Shown here piece by piece: positions 39,133 through 48,553 of a stretch of 64,000 nucleotides of DNA. Both the position numbers and the translations under genes were made by a program. Every line of letters starts with the position of its first letter. The first letter of the stretch is position 1. Origin of the DNA: Phycisphaerae bacterium (GTDB taxonomy: Bacteria > Planctomycetota > Phycisphaerae > UBA1845); NCBI GenBank assembly GCA_963666835.2, contig CAXXGO010000006.1, positions 800,001 to 864,000 of the forward strand. The letters are read 5' to 3'. Below the pieces are notes generated by a model that was not told the origin of the DNA, did no database searches, and worked only from the letters and a program-made list of their open reading frames with translations.

Positions 39133-40062
39133 ATGCGACGTAGGACCTGGGTGATCTTGGCTGTGGCGGGGCTCGTGCTGCTCAACGCGGATCGAGCGTG
39201 GGCGTGGGGCCCGGCTATGCACGTGGGGATTGCGTCCTCGGTTCTCGATAACCTGGCGTTGTTGCCGGCCGCCCTGGCGGCGGTTCTGGCGCGGAATCGG
39301 CTGGCCTACCTGTTCGGGAATATTGCCGCGGACGTCGTCTTCGCCAAGCGACTCAGCAAGACCAAGCAGTTTTGCCACCATTGGTCGACGGCGTTTCGTT
39401 TGTTGGAAGAGGCCGGCGGCGAGCAGACTCGGGCCTTCGCTTGCGGGTATCTGACGCACTTGGCGGCGGACACCGTAGCACACGGCAAGTTCGTGCCGCA
39501 CCAGATTGTGGTCAGCGGCTGCGGGGTGAATTTCGGGCATCTGTATTGGGAACTTCGGGCCGACGCGGCGGAAGCCGAATCATCGTGGCGGCTATTGGAA
39601 GATGTTTTGGATGACGATCACGATCCGCATCACGAGGTGTTGGCGGGACTGATTACTGACACGTTTCTGGCATACCCACTCAACCGGCTGCTCTTCAAAA
39701 GCATGCACGCTTTGACGATTCGGCGGGAGTTCCGGCGGACCATCGACGCGTGGAGCCGGCAATCTCGTTGGTATCTGTCCGACGATCTGATGGGCCGCTA
39801 CCGGGCGGAGAGTTCGGACCGTGCCCTGATGGTGCTGACCGACGGGGTGGAATCCACTTTGCTGAAAGAAGACCCCAACGGCACGTCGGCCCTCATGCAA
39901 CTGCGCGTTCGCCGGCGCGAAATCCGGCGGCTGCGGCGGCGCGGAATGCCGGTCGAGCTGCGGTTGCTGGAGACCTCGCTGGGGTTCTCGCCTACCGTGA
40001 CCGAACGCTCGGCCGCGTTGGTGCGGACCGCAAGCGCCGGGACTACGACCAGTCCCCGATAG
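39133..40062 (+). CDS. Zinc-dependent phospholipase C family protein
   Basis: AW|WGPAMH mature start, GNIAAD, GYLTHLAADTVAH, HLYWE. Confidence 0.82.
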   Translation: MRRRTWVILAVAGLVLLNADRAWAWGPAMHVGIASSVLDNLALLPAALAAVLARNRLAYLFGNIAADVVFAKRLSKTKQFCHHWSTAFRLLEEAGGEQTRAFACGYLTHLAADTVAHGKFVPHQIVVSGCGVNFGHLYWELRADAAEAESSWRLLEDVLDDDHDPHHEVLAGLITDTFLAYPLNRLLFKSMHALTIRREFRRTIDAWSRQSRWYLSDDLMGRYRAESSDRALMVLTDGVESTLLKEDPNGTSALMQLRVRRREIRRLRRRGMPVELRLLETSLGFSPTVTERSAALVRTASAGTTTSPR

Positions 40063-40190
40063 CAGCCAATGCCGGCTATGCGGGATGGCACCGGGGGGAT
40101 GCCGGGCGTTTGCCTTTATTCCTGACTAGTGCATAATGGAACCTAGCGCAACGACAGAATCTCGGGACTCTTGGCAGGCGAGGGTTTCTC

Positions 40191-41066
40191 ATGCAGAACA
40201 TTACGGATCATCTGGTTGAACTGATCAAATCGGCGTCAACGGCGCTGAGCCCCGATGTGGAGGACGCTTTGCGAAGCGCGCTGACGCAGGAGGAAGCGGG
40301 CTCCGCGGCCCGTGGGGCGCTGGAGGCCGTCTTGACCAACGTGGAGATGTCGCGCGACACCGCCCGGCCTATATGCCAGGATACCGGCACTCCGGTCTTC
40401 TATGTCTGGTATCCCCAAGGTGGGTCGCAGCGCGAGATTGCGGGGCAGATCGACCAGGCCGTGCGCATCGCCACGGAGCGGTCGTTCCTGCGCCCCAACG
40501 CGGTGGACAGCTTGACCGGCAAGAACTCCGGCGACAATACCGGAGTCGCGTTTCCTTCGGTGCATTTCGAGGAATGCGGCGGGTCTGAATTGCGCATCGG
40601 GCTGATGCTCAAAGGGGGCGGCAGCGAGAACTGCGGGAGGCAATACAGCATTCCCTCGCCCGAGTTCGCCGCGTCGCGCGACTTGGCCGGGGTGCGTAAG
40701 GCCGTGCTGGATGCGGCGTTCCAGGCTCAGGGCTTGGGCTGTGCTCCGGGCATTCTCGGCGTAGGGATCGGCGGCGACCGGGCATCGAGTATGGTCAAGG
40801 CCAAGGAGCAGTTCTTCCGTCCGTTGGGCGATGCGAACCCCAACCCGGAGTTGGACAAGCTCGAAAAGCAGCTTCACCGAGAGATCAACGAACTCGGGAT
40901 CGGACCGATGGGGTTCGGGGGCAAGACTACCGTATTGGGCGTTAAGATGACCGCCCTGCACCGGGTTCCTGCTTCGTTCTTCGTGTCGATCGCCTACATG
41001 TGCTGGGCGGATCGGCGCAAGATCATGACTATTAAGGACGGCAACGTTACGATTGCGGCCCCGTGA
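40191..41066 (+). CDS. Fe-S fumarate hydratase/tartrate dehydratase alpha subunit
   Basis: PICQDTG, KGGGSEN, GIGPMGFGG, CWA. Confidence 0.9.
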   Translation: MQNITDHLVELIKSASTALSPDVEDALRSALTQEEAGSAARGALEAVLTNVEMSRDTARPICQDTGTPVFYVWYPQGGSQREIAGQIDQAVRIATERSFLRPNAVDSLTGKNSGDNTGVAFPSVHFEECGGSELRIGLMLKGGGSENCGRQYSIPSPEFAASRDLAGVRKAVLDAAFQAQGLGCAPGILGVGIGGDRASSMVKAKEQFFRPLGDANPNPELDKLEKQLHREINELGIGPMGFGGKTTVLGVKMTALHRVPASFFVSIAYMCWADRRKIMTIKDGNVTIAAP

Positions 41067-41090
41067 CCCGGGGTGATCGGAGACACGCTA

Positions 41091-41708
41091 ATGGCAACCA
41101 AACTTACCGTTCCAATCAGCGAAGAGCAGATTCGGGCACTCAAGGTGGGGGACCAAGTCTTGGTGACCGGCACCATCTTCACCGGACGCGATGCCGCCCA
41201 TAAGTACATGATCGAGAACTTCGTCAAAGGCTCGTGCCCGGAATCCGAGAAGGAGCTGTATGAGGTCCTCAAGAAGGGGCTGGCCGGGTCGGTGATCTAT
41301 CACTGTGGACCCGTGGTGCGGAAGCGCGACGACGGCAAGTACGAGTTCGTGGCCGCCGGTCCTACGACCAGTATTCGCGAAGAGCCCTATCAGGCTGATG
41401 TGATCGGCCACTTCGGGGTCCGGGCGGTCATCGGCAAGGGCGGGATGCGGGCCAAGACCCTCGCCGGCTGCAAGGAACACGGGGCGGTGTACCTGCACGC
41501 GATCGGCGGGGCGGCCACGTTGATCGCCGAGTGCTGCAAGGAAGTGTGCGACGTTCACAAGCTGGATTTCGGCGTACCCGAGGCCTTCTGGGAGATTAGG
41601 GTCGAAGACTTCCCCTGCGTGGTCACCATGGATTCCCACGGGCAGAGCCTGCACGATACGGTTCAAGCCGACTCGGAAGGCAAGCTAAAGGCCCTTCTGG
41701 CAGGGTAG
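41091..41708 (+). CDS. Fe-S fumarate hydratase/tartrate dehydratase beta subunit
   Basis: GRDAAH, YHCGP, AGPTTS, IGKGG, MDSHG. Confidence 0.9.
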   Translation: MATKLTVPISEEQIRALKVGDQVLVTGTIFTGRDAAHKYMIENFVKGSCPESEKELYEVLKKGLAGSVIYHCGPVVRKRDDGKYEFVAAGPTTSIREEPYQADVIGHFGVRAVIGKGGMRAKTLAGCKEHGAVYLHAIGGAATLIAECCKEVCDVHKLDFGVPEAFWEIRVEDFPCVVTMDSHGQSLHDTVQADSEGKLKALLAG

Positions 41709-41724
41709 ACCGACGCCGGGCTCA

Positions 41725-42220
41725 GGTGGCCAGCTTGTTGGCCCGTGGAGTGACACTGAACGGACACCAAAAACCCGGAGGGCAGGTCGAGGCACGAGAC
41801 CTGCCGCAACGGCGCGGGCGCCCCATGGCTTCAGCCCGTAGGGCAAGTCAATGACCTGCCTTTGCCGGTCAACGCGTCCAGGGTGGCATGGGCCAACTTG
41901 TTGGCCCGTGGAGTGGCACTGTGAGGACACCAACAATCCGTAGGGCAGGTCGAGGTACGAGACCTGCCGCAACGGCGCGCGTGCCCCATGGCGGGTGGCG
42001 TGGTCCACGCTTGCGTGGCCATGAAGGTGTTTGCCGCGAGTTGGTAGGCCCGGTCGACGATCTGCCCTGTGGGCTGGTCGGCCCCTGGAGTACCACTAGA
42101 TGGTCACCGCTAATGGCGCCTGCCCCATGGCTTCAGCCGTGGGAGATGCTGGTTTGGAGGTAGACTGACGGGTGGCCGACTCGTTGGCCCGTGGAGCGGC
42201 GCGTTGCGGACAGCAACAAC
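41725..42220 (+). repeat. BIME-like mosaic of tandem REP units
   Basis: Unit of about 100 bp at 41728-41830 repeated at 41891-41991 (TTGTTGGCCCGTGGAGTG...GGGCAGGTCGAGGyACGAGACCTGCCGCAACGGCGCG...GCCCCATGGC); partial copies near 42075, 42120 and 42175; GGGTG-REP variant at 41993-42023. Confidence 0.8.
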
Positions 42221-42301
42221 GCTAAGCTCGGATCATCGGCTCCCCCACCTCAGCGCTGCGCTAACGAGGTGGGCCGCCCCTCTATGGTGTAGGAGCAAGC
42301 A

Positions 42302-42886
42302 GTGAAGGTCGTCGCATTCAATGGCAGTCCCCGAAGAGAGGGCAACACGTTCGCCCTGATCAACCACGTCCTGACGCCGCTGCAACAGGAGGGAATCGAG
42401 ACGGAGGTTCTACAAATCGGCGGCAAGAAGACCCGAGGTTGCGGGGCGTGTCTTAAGTGCGCCGAGAACAGGAATAAGCGTTGTGTGGTGGATGACGATG
42501 TAGTGAACGACTGCATCGAGAAGATGCTCGAGGCGGACGGGATTATCCTCGGGTCGCCTACCTACTTCGTCAACGTCAGCACGGAGATGAAGGCCTTGAT
42601 CGACCGGGCCGGCTTCGTGGCCAAGGTGAACGGCGACATGTTCAAACGCAAGGTCGGGGCCGCGGTGGTGGCCGTGCGCCGGGCGGGCAGCGTTCACGTC
42701 TTCGACGCCATGAACCACTTCTTCCTGATCAACCAGATGATCGTCCCGGGCTCCTGCTATTGGAACATGGGCTTCGGCCTGAAAGAGGGCGAAGTGAGCG
42801 ACGACGAAGAGGGCATCCGGACGATGCAGCTTCTGGGTGAGAACATGGCGTGGCTGTTGAAGGCGCTTCAACGCCCGACCTCCTGA
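42302..42886 (+). CDS. Iron-sulfur flavoprotein / flavodoxin family
   Basis: NGSPRREGNT, CGACLKC...C, LGSPTYF, KALIDR, RRAG. Confidence 0.9.
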   Translation: MKVVAFNGSPRREGNTFALINHVLTPLQQEGIETEVLQIGGKKTRGCGACLKCAENRNKRCVVDDDVVNDCIEKMLEADGIILGSPTYFVNVSTEMKALIDRAGFVAKVNGDMFKRKVGAAVVAVRRAGSVHVFDAMNHFFLINQMIVPGSCYWNMGFGLKEGEVSDDEEGIRTMQLLGENMAWLLKALQRPTS

Positions 42887-43020
42887 CGAGTCTGTCGGAT
42901 CCGGAGACCTGTAGTGAAATACGTTGCCCTTGTGATTCTGTCTGCTGCGCTGGTGATGCTTGCCAACGGGGCGGTGGCGTTCTTCTCGAATTCGCAACAA
43001 GGCGAACCGAGGCCCAACCC

Positions 43021-43189
43021 GTAGGGCAGGTCGAGGTACGAGACCTGCCGCAACGGCGCGGGTGCTCTATGGCTTCAGCATGGGTGCCCCATGGCTTTAG
43101 CCGTGGTGGAGGCCCTAACGCTCCACTATGAAGGCATGTCAACTACCCTGCTCGCTTTCTGCATGCCCACGCAAGCGTGGGGCATGGCA
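43021..43189. repeat. REP cluster; last element (43162-43189) is interrupted by the group II intron
   Basis: GTAGGGCAGGTCGAGGTACGAGACCTGCCGC (43021-43051), CCCCATGGCTTTAGCCGTGG, CATGCCCACGCAAGCGTGGGGCATGGCA|CCC. Confidence 0.8.
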
Positions 43190-44099
43190 GGAGCAGCCGA
43201 CAAGGCTGCGGATCTTATGGGGTGAGAGTCCCCTCGCCGTCAGTTTCCCGGTTCGGACGGCTAGCTTATTCGATGCACGTGTCTGGTAACAGCACGTGTT
43301 CTGCTCGAACGAAAACGCCACGGCTGCCCTGCAGGCTCAGAACTGCAGCGGTGGGAGCGATCGGGGTGGCAAGCAAACTTGGAGGCCTGAACATTAGTGA
43401 ATGGCTGCAGCTGCGAAAGTACGCCCGCTCGGGAAATCGCTGGAGCGGATTATTGCGGGAAAGCCGACCCGATTGCCATGCGGGGAAGGCCGACGTCATC
43501 GAGGGAAGAAACGGGAATGTGCACCTCGACGACCCGCCGCGGTAGGGGCCCAGGCATCCAAGGAAAGATCTGCAGAGATAACGTCGGGAAGGGCCATCTC
43601 CCAGCAGGGACTGGCGACAACCTGCGAAGACTCGCCGACCAAGGCAACGACCGTAGGCGGCGAGAGGGATTTGGTCCGGCGTATGGGCCCGTATGAGCGA
43701 TGAAGGCGGGGTAATGCCCGCTGACGTAGCCCGCGAGGCTGCGACGTGACGGGTAACGCCCGAAGCGTGCAAAGGGACCCTGGATACTTGGCGGTCCTGG
43801 GGCGCTCCCGGACATTGAGCTGGGATCGAGCGTACCCTTAAAGAGTGGACGAGCGTCGCATGCAAACCACAGCCAAGAGGGGCGTATACGAGCCAGCGTT
43901 TGAGTTTCCTTGGTTGTGGGCAGGCAGTGGCGGGACAAGCCAAGGTCAGAACCGGACTCGGGAAATCCGACCGTCCGGGATCGTAGGGGGGCCTCGGGAA
44001 ACGTGGCTCATGGTGGAACTGTGAACCCACTCCGCAACCGAAAGGGCGGATCTGGAAACCCTCCACCTAAAAGCGCGCGCGCCCGAGTTCTATCCCGAC
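43190..44099 (+). ncRNA. ORF-less group II intron (910 nt)
   Basis: D1 GGGGTGAGAGTCCCC; EBS1 hairpin GAAAGCCGACCCGATTGCCATGCGGGGAAGGC; D3 GGGCCCGTATGAGCGATGAAG...GCAAAGGGACCC; D5 GAACCGGACTCGGGAAATCCGACCGTCCGGGATC (43949-43982); long D6 ending TTCTATCCCGAC; EBS1 TGCCATG pairs with 43183-43189. Confidence 0.85.
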
Positions 44100-44169
44100 C
44101 CCGTGCCTACACAAGCATAGGACATAGCACCCGTGCAGGGCGATGGTCTACCCTATTATCTGTGTTCGT

Positions 44170-45219
44170 TCAAACAGGCGGAACGTCGAGCTTGCCCTCT
44201 TCCAAGAGCCGGCGAAGGTCGGCACCGACCCGAGCAGAGAGTATTCTGGCTCCGATGTGATTCAGATGTGTCAGATTGAAGAACACTTCGTCCGGGTCCC
44301 GGCCGGGCAGGTCGGCGACGTCGTATTGGAGGAGCGGGATTCCCAACCGTTCGCACAACTGCGATATGCCACGGCGGAACCGCTCGTGCGCGGCGGCCGC
44401 GGGCGTACCTGCGGCAAGTTCAAAGAAAGCCGGGTGCAGCGGCGAATCCAGCACGACAACCTGCGCCCCGGCCGCCTGCAGACCGCGCAGATCAGCTTGA
44501 AGCTGACGCCATCGAATACCATCGACCTTCGGTATCGCGTACCAACAGCGCAGAAGCTCGGCCAACTGCTTCTTAACCACGGCCGGCGCGAACCCCTCGG
44601 AAGCGTAGGCCGGCTTACCCACAAAACCCCGCGCATGCACGGGTGTAGCCCGCTCATAGGCTCGCCCCGTGAGTAAACGCCACAGGGTCCTCTCGGGCAG
44701 AAAGGCGGCTCGAATCGCCCGCCCGGCGGGAACCAGCCGAAACCGATCAATCAGACCCACCGACCACAGAACCTCGTCGTTGATGAACCTGGGATCCTCA
44801 GTACCGTCGTTCACACTGTAAGGAGAGACGCTGACCACCACGATCGGCGACGGAGCGAACCGATCGGCAAACTCCCGATACGAAGCCAGGACCGCTGCAA
44901 CCTCGCAAACCGGCTTGCCGATATTGACTACTCGGTCCGGTGACCACCCTAGTTGCTCAGCGACAATACTCGGCCCGACATGTACTTGGGCACGTGAGTC
45001 GCCGGCGATGATAAGGGCCGGGCGGTCCGTTCGGGTAAGAGCGATTATCTTGCGCCGCAACGGCTCGGAGGCTACGGGTCGAGGAACGATAACGAACGCA
45101 ACAATCGCGTGGATCAGAGTGATTATCGCAACCGCCCAGATCGCTCCGGCCGGCAAACGGCGGATCACTCGCGTGACGGTGCCTGCCCTGGTCCGAGCAA
45201 CCCGGCGCTGCCCGACCAC
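44170..45219 (-). CDS. SGNH/DltD-like periplasmic partner of MBOAT O-acyltransferase
   Basis: N-terminal TM, IAGDSR block I, FFNLTHLN (DxxH-like); directly downstream of the MBOAT gene; start uncertain. Confidence 0.65.
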   Translation of the reverse strand: MVGQRRVARTRAGTVTRVIRRLPAGAIWAVAIITLIHAIVAFVIVPRPVASEPLRRKIIALTRTDRPALIIAGDSRAQVHVGPSIVAEQLGWSPDRVVNIGKPVCEVAAVLASYREFADRFAPSPIVVVSVSPYSVNDGTEDPRFINDEVLWSVGLIDRFRLVPAGRAIRAAFLPERTLWRLLTGRAYERATPVHARGFVGKPAYASEGFAPAVVKKQLAELLRCWYAIPKVDGIRWRQLQADLRGLQAAGAQVVVLDSPLHPAFFELAAGTPAAAAHERFRRGISQLCERLGIPLLQYDVADLPGRDPDEVFFNLTHLNHIGARILSARVGADLRRLLEEGKLDVPPV

Positions 45220-45268
45220 GCGGTCCGGGGCTAGTGGAACGGGTAGACTGCCGACGTTCGCAACACCG

Positions 45269-46735
45269 CTAAAACTGGAAGTAGATGAAGGGCTTGGCAA
45301 CCGGCTCTCCAAAGATGACGAGGCCAAAGAACAACCCAACGTACACCAATCCGCGCACCGGCGCGGGCCAACTCAACAACGCGTTCAGGTCACCACGTAG
45401 ATGCTGCAGAAACTGCACTGCCAGCAACGGAACCGCGCAGGCCACCAGGACCGTTACCCCGGTGCCCCGCAGAGTTCCGGGTGAAAGAACCGCGTGAAGC
45501 ATCGTTCCGATCTGTGCCACCGACTCGGCCCGAAAGATCAGGTACCCGAGGCACGTCAGTTGAAAGAACCCCGCGACCGCGACCCATCGCCCCACCATGC
45601 GCGTTCGCTCGGACCACGTCCGGGCGAATTCGCAAACCGCAGGAACGCATCCGCGATAGGCGATGATCAACAGGGCATGGAACAGACCCCATAATACGAA
45701 CGTCCACGCCGCCCCGTGCCACAGCCCGCCCAACAACATTGTGATAAGCAGGTTGATGGCCGTCCGGCGCCTTCCGCGGCGGTCGCCGCCGAGCGGAATG
45801 TACAGGTAATCGCGTAGCCAGCCGGAGAGGCTTATGTGCCAACGACGCCAGAACTCCGCCGGCGTGGCCGAGAAATACGGCAGGTTGAAGTTCAAGGGGA
45901 TCTCGAACCCCATCATCTTCGTACTGCCCCGGGCGATGTCCGTGTACCCGGAGAAGTCGCAGTAGATCTGCAGGGCGAAGGCGTATACGGCAATGATCAC
46001 CGTCGCGCCCGACGGGCTGCCGTCGGAGCTGAACGTGCGGTCGACGACCACGGCCAGGTTGTCCGCCAACACCACCTTCTTGAACAGCCCCCACAGAATC
46101 AGGTATCCGCCCGTATACACCTGCTCGAGTACTAGTTGCCGCCGGCGTGCTATTTGGGGGAGAAAGTCCTTCGCGCGAAGAATCGGCCCGGCCACCAGTT
46201 GCGGAAAGAACGCTACGAACAACGCCAGATCGAGTAGGCTTCTCTCAGCCCGAAGCTGGCCGCGGTAGATGTCGATCGTGTAGCTCAAGGTCTGAAACGT
46301 GTAGAAGGAAATGCCCACCGGTAGCACGATGGCCAGCAGCCGCGGGGTGAGCGGAAGCCCGATCATCTGCAGCAGTTCCGCCCCGCTCTCCACGAAGAAG
46401 TCGAAGTACTTGAAGAAGCCGAGAATCCCCAGGTTGGCTCCGACCGAGACCAGCAGGATCGCCCGGCGCGCGCGAGCGGAATGGGCGTAGGGCGCCGCGT
46501 CCTCTATCGGGCCGCTGCCATCTGAACGACGCCGATCCAACGCCCGCCCACAGGCGTAGTCGATCAACGTAGAGGCGAGAATCAGCCCGAGGAACCGCCA
46601 GTCCCAGCAGCCGTAGAAGAAGTAGCTGGCCACCAACAGCAGCGCGTTCTGCGTTCGCCGGCGCCGCATGCAGGCCAGGTAGGCCGCATACACCACGACG
46701 AAGAACAGCGCAAACGCGAAACTGTTGAACAGCAT
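45269..46735 (-). CDS. MBOAT family O-acyltransferase (AlgI/DltB-like)
   Basis: MLFNS, LPVGISFYTFQ, FFPQLVAGPI, YCDFSGY, FWRRWHISLS, GLWHGA. Confidence 0.92.
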   Translation of the reverse strand: MLFNSFAFALFFVVVYAAYLACMRRRRTQNALLLVASYFFYGCWDWRFLGLILASTLIDYACGRALDRRRSDGSGPIEDAAPYAHSARARRAILLVSVGANLGILGFFKYFDFFVESGAELLQMIGLPLTPRLLAIVLPVGISFYTFQTLSYTIDIYRGQLRAERSLLDLALFVAFFPQLVAGPILRAKDFLPQIARRRQLVLEQVYTGGYLILWGLFKKVVLADNLAVVVDRTFSSDGSPSGATVIIAVYAFALQIYCDFSGYTDIARGSTKMMGFEIPLNFNLPYFSATPAEFWRRWHISLSGWLRDYLYIPLGGDRRGRRRTAINLLITMLLGGLWHGAAWTFVLWGLFHALLIIAYRGCVPAVCEFARTWSERTRMVGRWVAVAGFFQLTCLGYLIFRAESVAQIGTMLHAVLSPGTLRGTGVTVLVACAVPLLAVQFLQHLRGDLNALLSWPAPVRGLVYVGLFFGLVIFGEPVAKPFIYFQF

Positions 46736-46869
46736 ACCGAGACCCTCGTCCGGCGGCCCGCGCACACCGTGGGCGCGCGACCGCAATTTGATATCGGACG
46801 TTTAGTGTGCCCGGTTAAGGAGAAGGGCGACCTGTCCGGGTTCTACGGGAGGAGGTTTTCCAGATATGC

Positions 46870-46907
46870 AAAAGGCGCGGCGCCGGCCTATGCCGACACC
46901 GCGCCTT
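46870..46907 (-). terminator. Intrinsic terminator
   Basis: AAGGCGCGG...CCGCGCCTT stem preceded by an A run, just downstream of the minus-strand gene ending at 46970. Confidence 0.55.
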
Positions 46908-46969
46908 CGTGATTCTCGATTGACGATCCAACCCAAACGCAGAACGAGTCGGTCCGTGGTTGCGGACGA

Positions 46970-48187
46970 CTACCGGCTCGGGCAGAGATTCCGGTCCATG
47001 CTCTTGCCACTCCAGGCATCGAAATCGCCGGCCCCGTTGAGCAGGTCGATCACGCGGAGGATGTCCTGAGCGTTTGTTGCGCCGCTACGGTTGATGTCCG
47101 TGCTGTACTCGGGCGACGTCCCCGGACTGTTCAACGAACTGACCAGGCTGTTGATGTCCAGAGTGTTGCTCTTTCCGTCGTTGCCTGCGTCGCCCGGCAG
47201 GTAACCCATGCACCACTCTCCCCCCGTGGGGGTGTGCTCAATACAGGTCCAATGGTCCGTACTGATGATCCGATCCAGCGTTATGGTCACCGTGTTATTG
47301 ACCGAATCCAGATCAACCGTGTCGATCACGGGAGGGGACAGTTCAAACGGGGTCACTGATACGGTGAAGTCGGAAGCGGTCGCGTCGGTGATATCCGTCG
47401 GATCGCACTGCAAGGTCAGGACCAGCTCGTCCCATCCGTATGACACCGCAGTGTCATAAATATCGTGGGGCTGACGGGCATCCACGTGACAGTTCGGCGG
47501 GAACACGTCCGTGATGTTGGCCGCGCTAAGGTCGCATAGCGGCGGGACCTTGATCACCGCCGGCGTGCGGATCAGGCCGGGGATGAGGTTGGCTGAGTCG
47601 TCGTTCATGAACGTCCATTCGGAATCACTGTCCCAGGTTATGGTGTATCTTCCTGCTGCATCCGCGGGGACGTCAATGATGAAGGTCCCGCCGTAATAGG
47701 CGCCTCCGCCGTCCACCGGAAAATCGCCCATGCAGGTCGAACCCCACACGTATTGCAGGTCGGCGACGAACACCGCGGCCAACGGACTCTCGCCATAGTA
47801 CACAAAGTCTGTGCGGTTTGTGTCGATAAAGCAGCCGTCCTCGGTAAGTGGATTCAGCGGGCCGATGTCCGCTCCATAGCCGTTGCTGTACGACGCCGCA
47901 GCATCCAACCTACCCTGGTACGCACCCAATGTCGGACTGCCGGCAGCCGTACCCCATCCGCTGACACGGAATTCCAGCGTAACCTGTTGCGCGACGCCTT
48001 CCTCCAGCAGGATCTCCGAGGCGACCCACGGCGTGCCTTCGTTATCGGTAATCGTGTAATTGCCGGTAGCGCTGACTGGTTGCCAGCGGATCTCTACGGC
48101 CGCATCGGCCGTCGTGGCACAGGCGACAATAGCGGCAAGTAGCAGGCCTGAGCCCAGAATGCCGGATACACCTTTGCGCGTGTTCAT
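46970..48187 (-). CDS. Secreted protein with C-terminal dockerin-like domain
   Basis: Signal peptide ADA|A; GDAGNDGKSNTLDI and DINRSGATNAQDI; C-terminal third homologous to 48554-50326. Confidence 0.8.
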   Translation of the reverse strand: MNTRKGVSGILGSGLLLAAIVACATTADAAVEIRWQPVSATGNYTITDNEGTPWVASEILLEEGVAQQVTLEFRVSGWGTAAGSPTLGAYQGRLDAAASYSNGYGADIGPLNPLTEDGCFIDTNRTDFVYYGESPLAAVFVADLQYVWGSTCMGDFPVDGGGAYYGGTFIIDVPADAAGRYTITWDSDSEWTFMNDDSANLIPGLIRTPAVIKVPPLCDLSAANITDVFPPNCHVDARQPHDIYDTAVSYGWDELVLTLQCDPTDITDATASDFTVSVTPFELSPPVIDTVDLDSVNNTVTITLDRIISTDHWTCIEHTPTGGEWCMGYLPGDAGNDGKSNTLDINSLVSSLNSPGTSPEYSTDINRSGATNAQDILRVIDLLNGAGDFDAWSGKSMDRNLCPSR

Positions 48188-48463
48188 GTTTCCCCCTCTC
48201 CGCAACGGGAATCTTGTTATGCCGAACGCGAATCAGGTGGTTTCCCACCCGTTGCGCTCCGTCATCGCGTGGGAGCAACAGCTAGCGGCGGGAAACAGAC
48301 CGGCCGCGAAGTTTGAGGCTGTGCTCCCGTTTATCGACCAAACGGTCCAGCGAGTGATACGTTCGGTTACAGGTTCTTTACCCTCCGATCTCGCGCCGGC
48401 CGCCCGAGATCGAGCACTGCTGGTCTACGCCCCCTTGCGTGCCCCTCCGACAAGGCGGGCCCC

Positions 48464-48512
48464 AAAAAAGACGGCAGCGTAGCGGCGATTCATTTGCCGC
48501 TACGCTACCGTT
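48464..48512 (-). terminator. Intrinsic terminator
   Basis: ACGGCAGCGTAGCGGC...GCCGCTACGCTACCGT stem with an A6 run. Confidence 0.6.
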
Positions 48513-48553
48513 TAGAAAATTCCACAGTTACTCAGGCCAAACGCCGTAGACGA

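Noticed and set aside
41725..42220. CRISPR array
   Set aside because: Repeats are dispersed in both orientations across the window, intervening sequences are themselves repeated, spacing is irregular and there are no cas genes
43266..44066. 266-aa minus-strand ORF and other ORFs over intron 2
   Set aside because: Antisense to a structured ribozyme with no protein motifs
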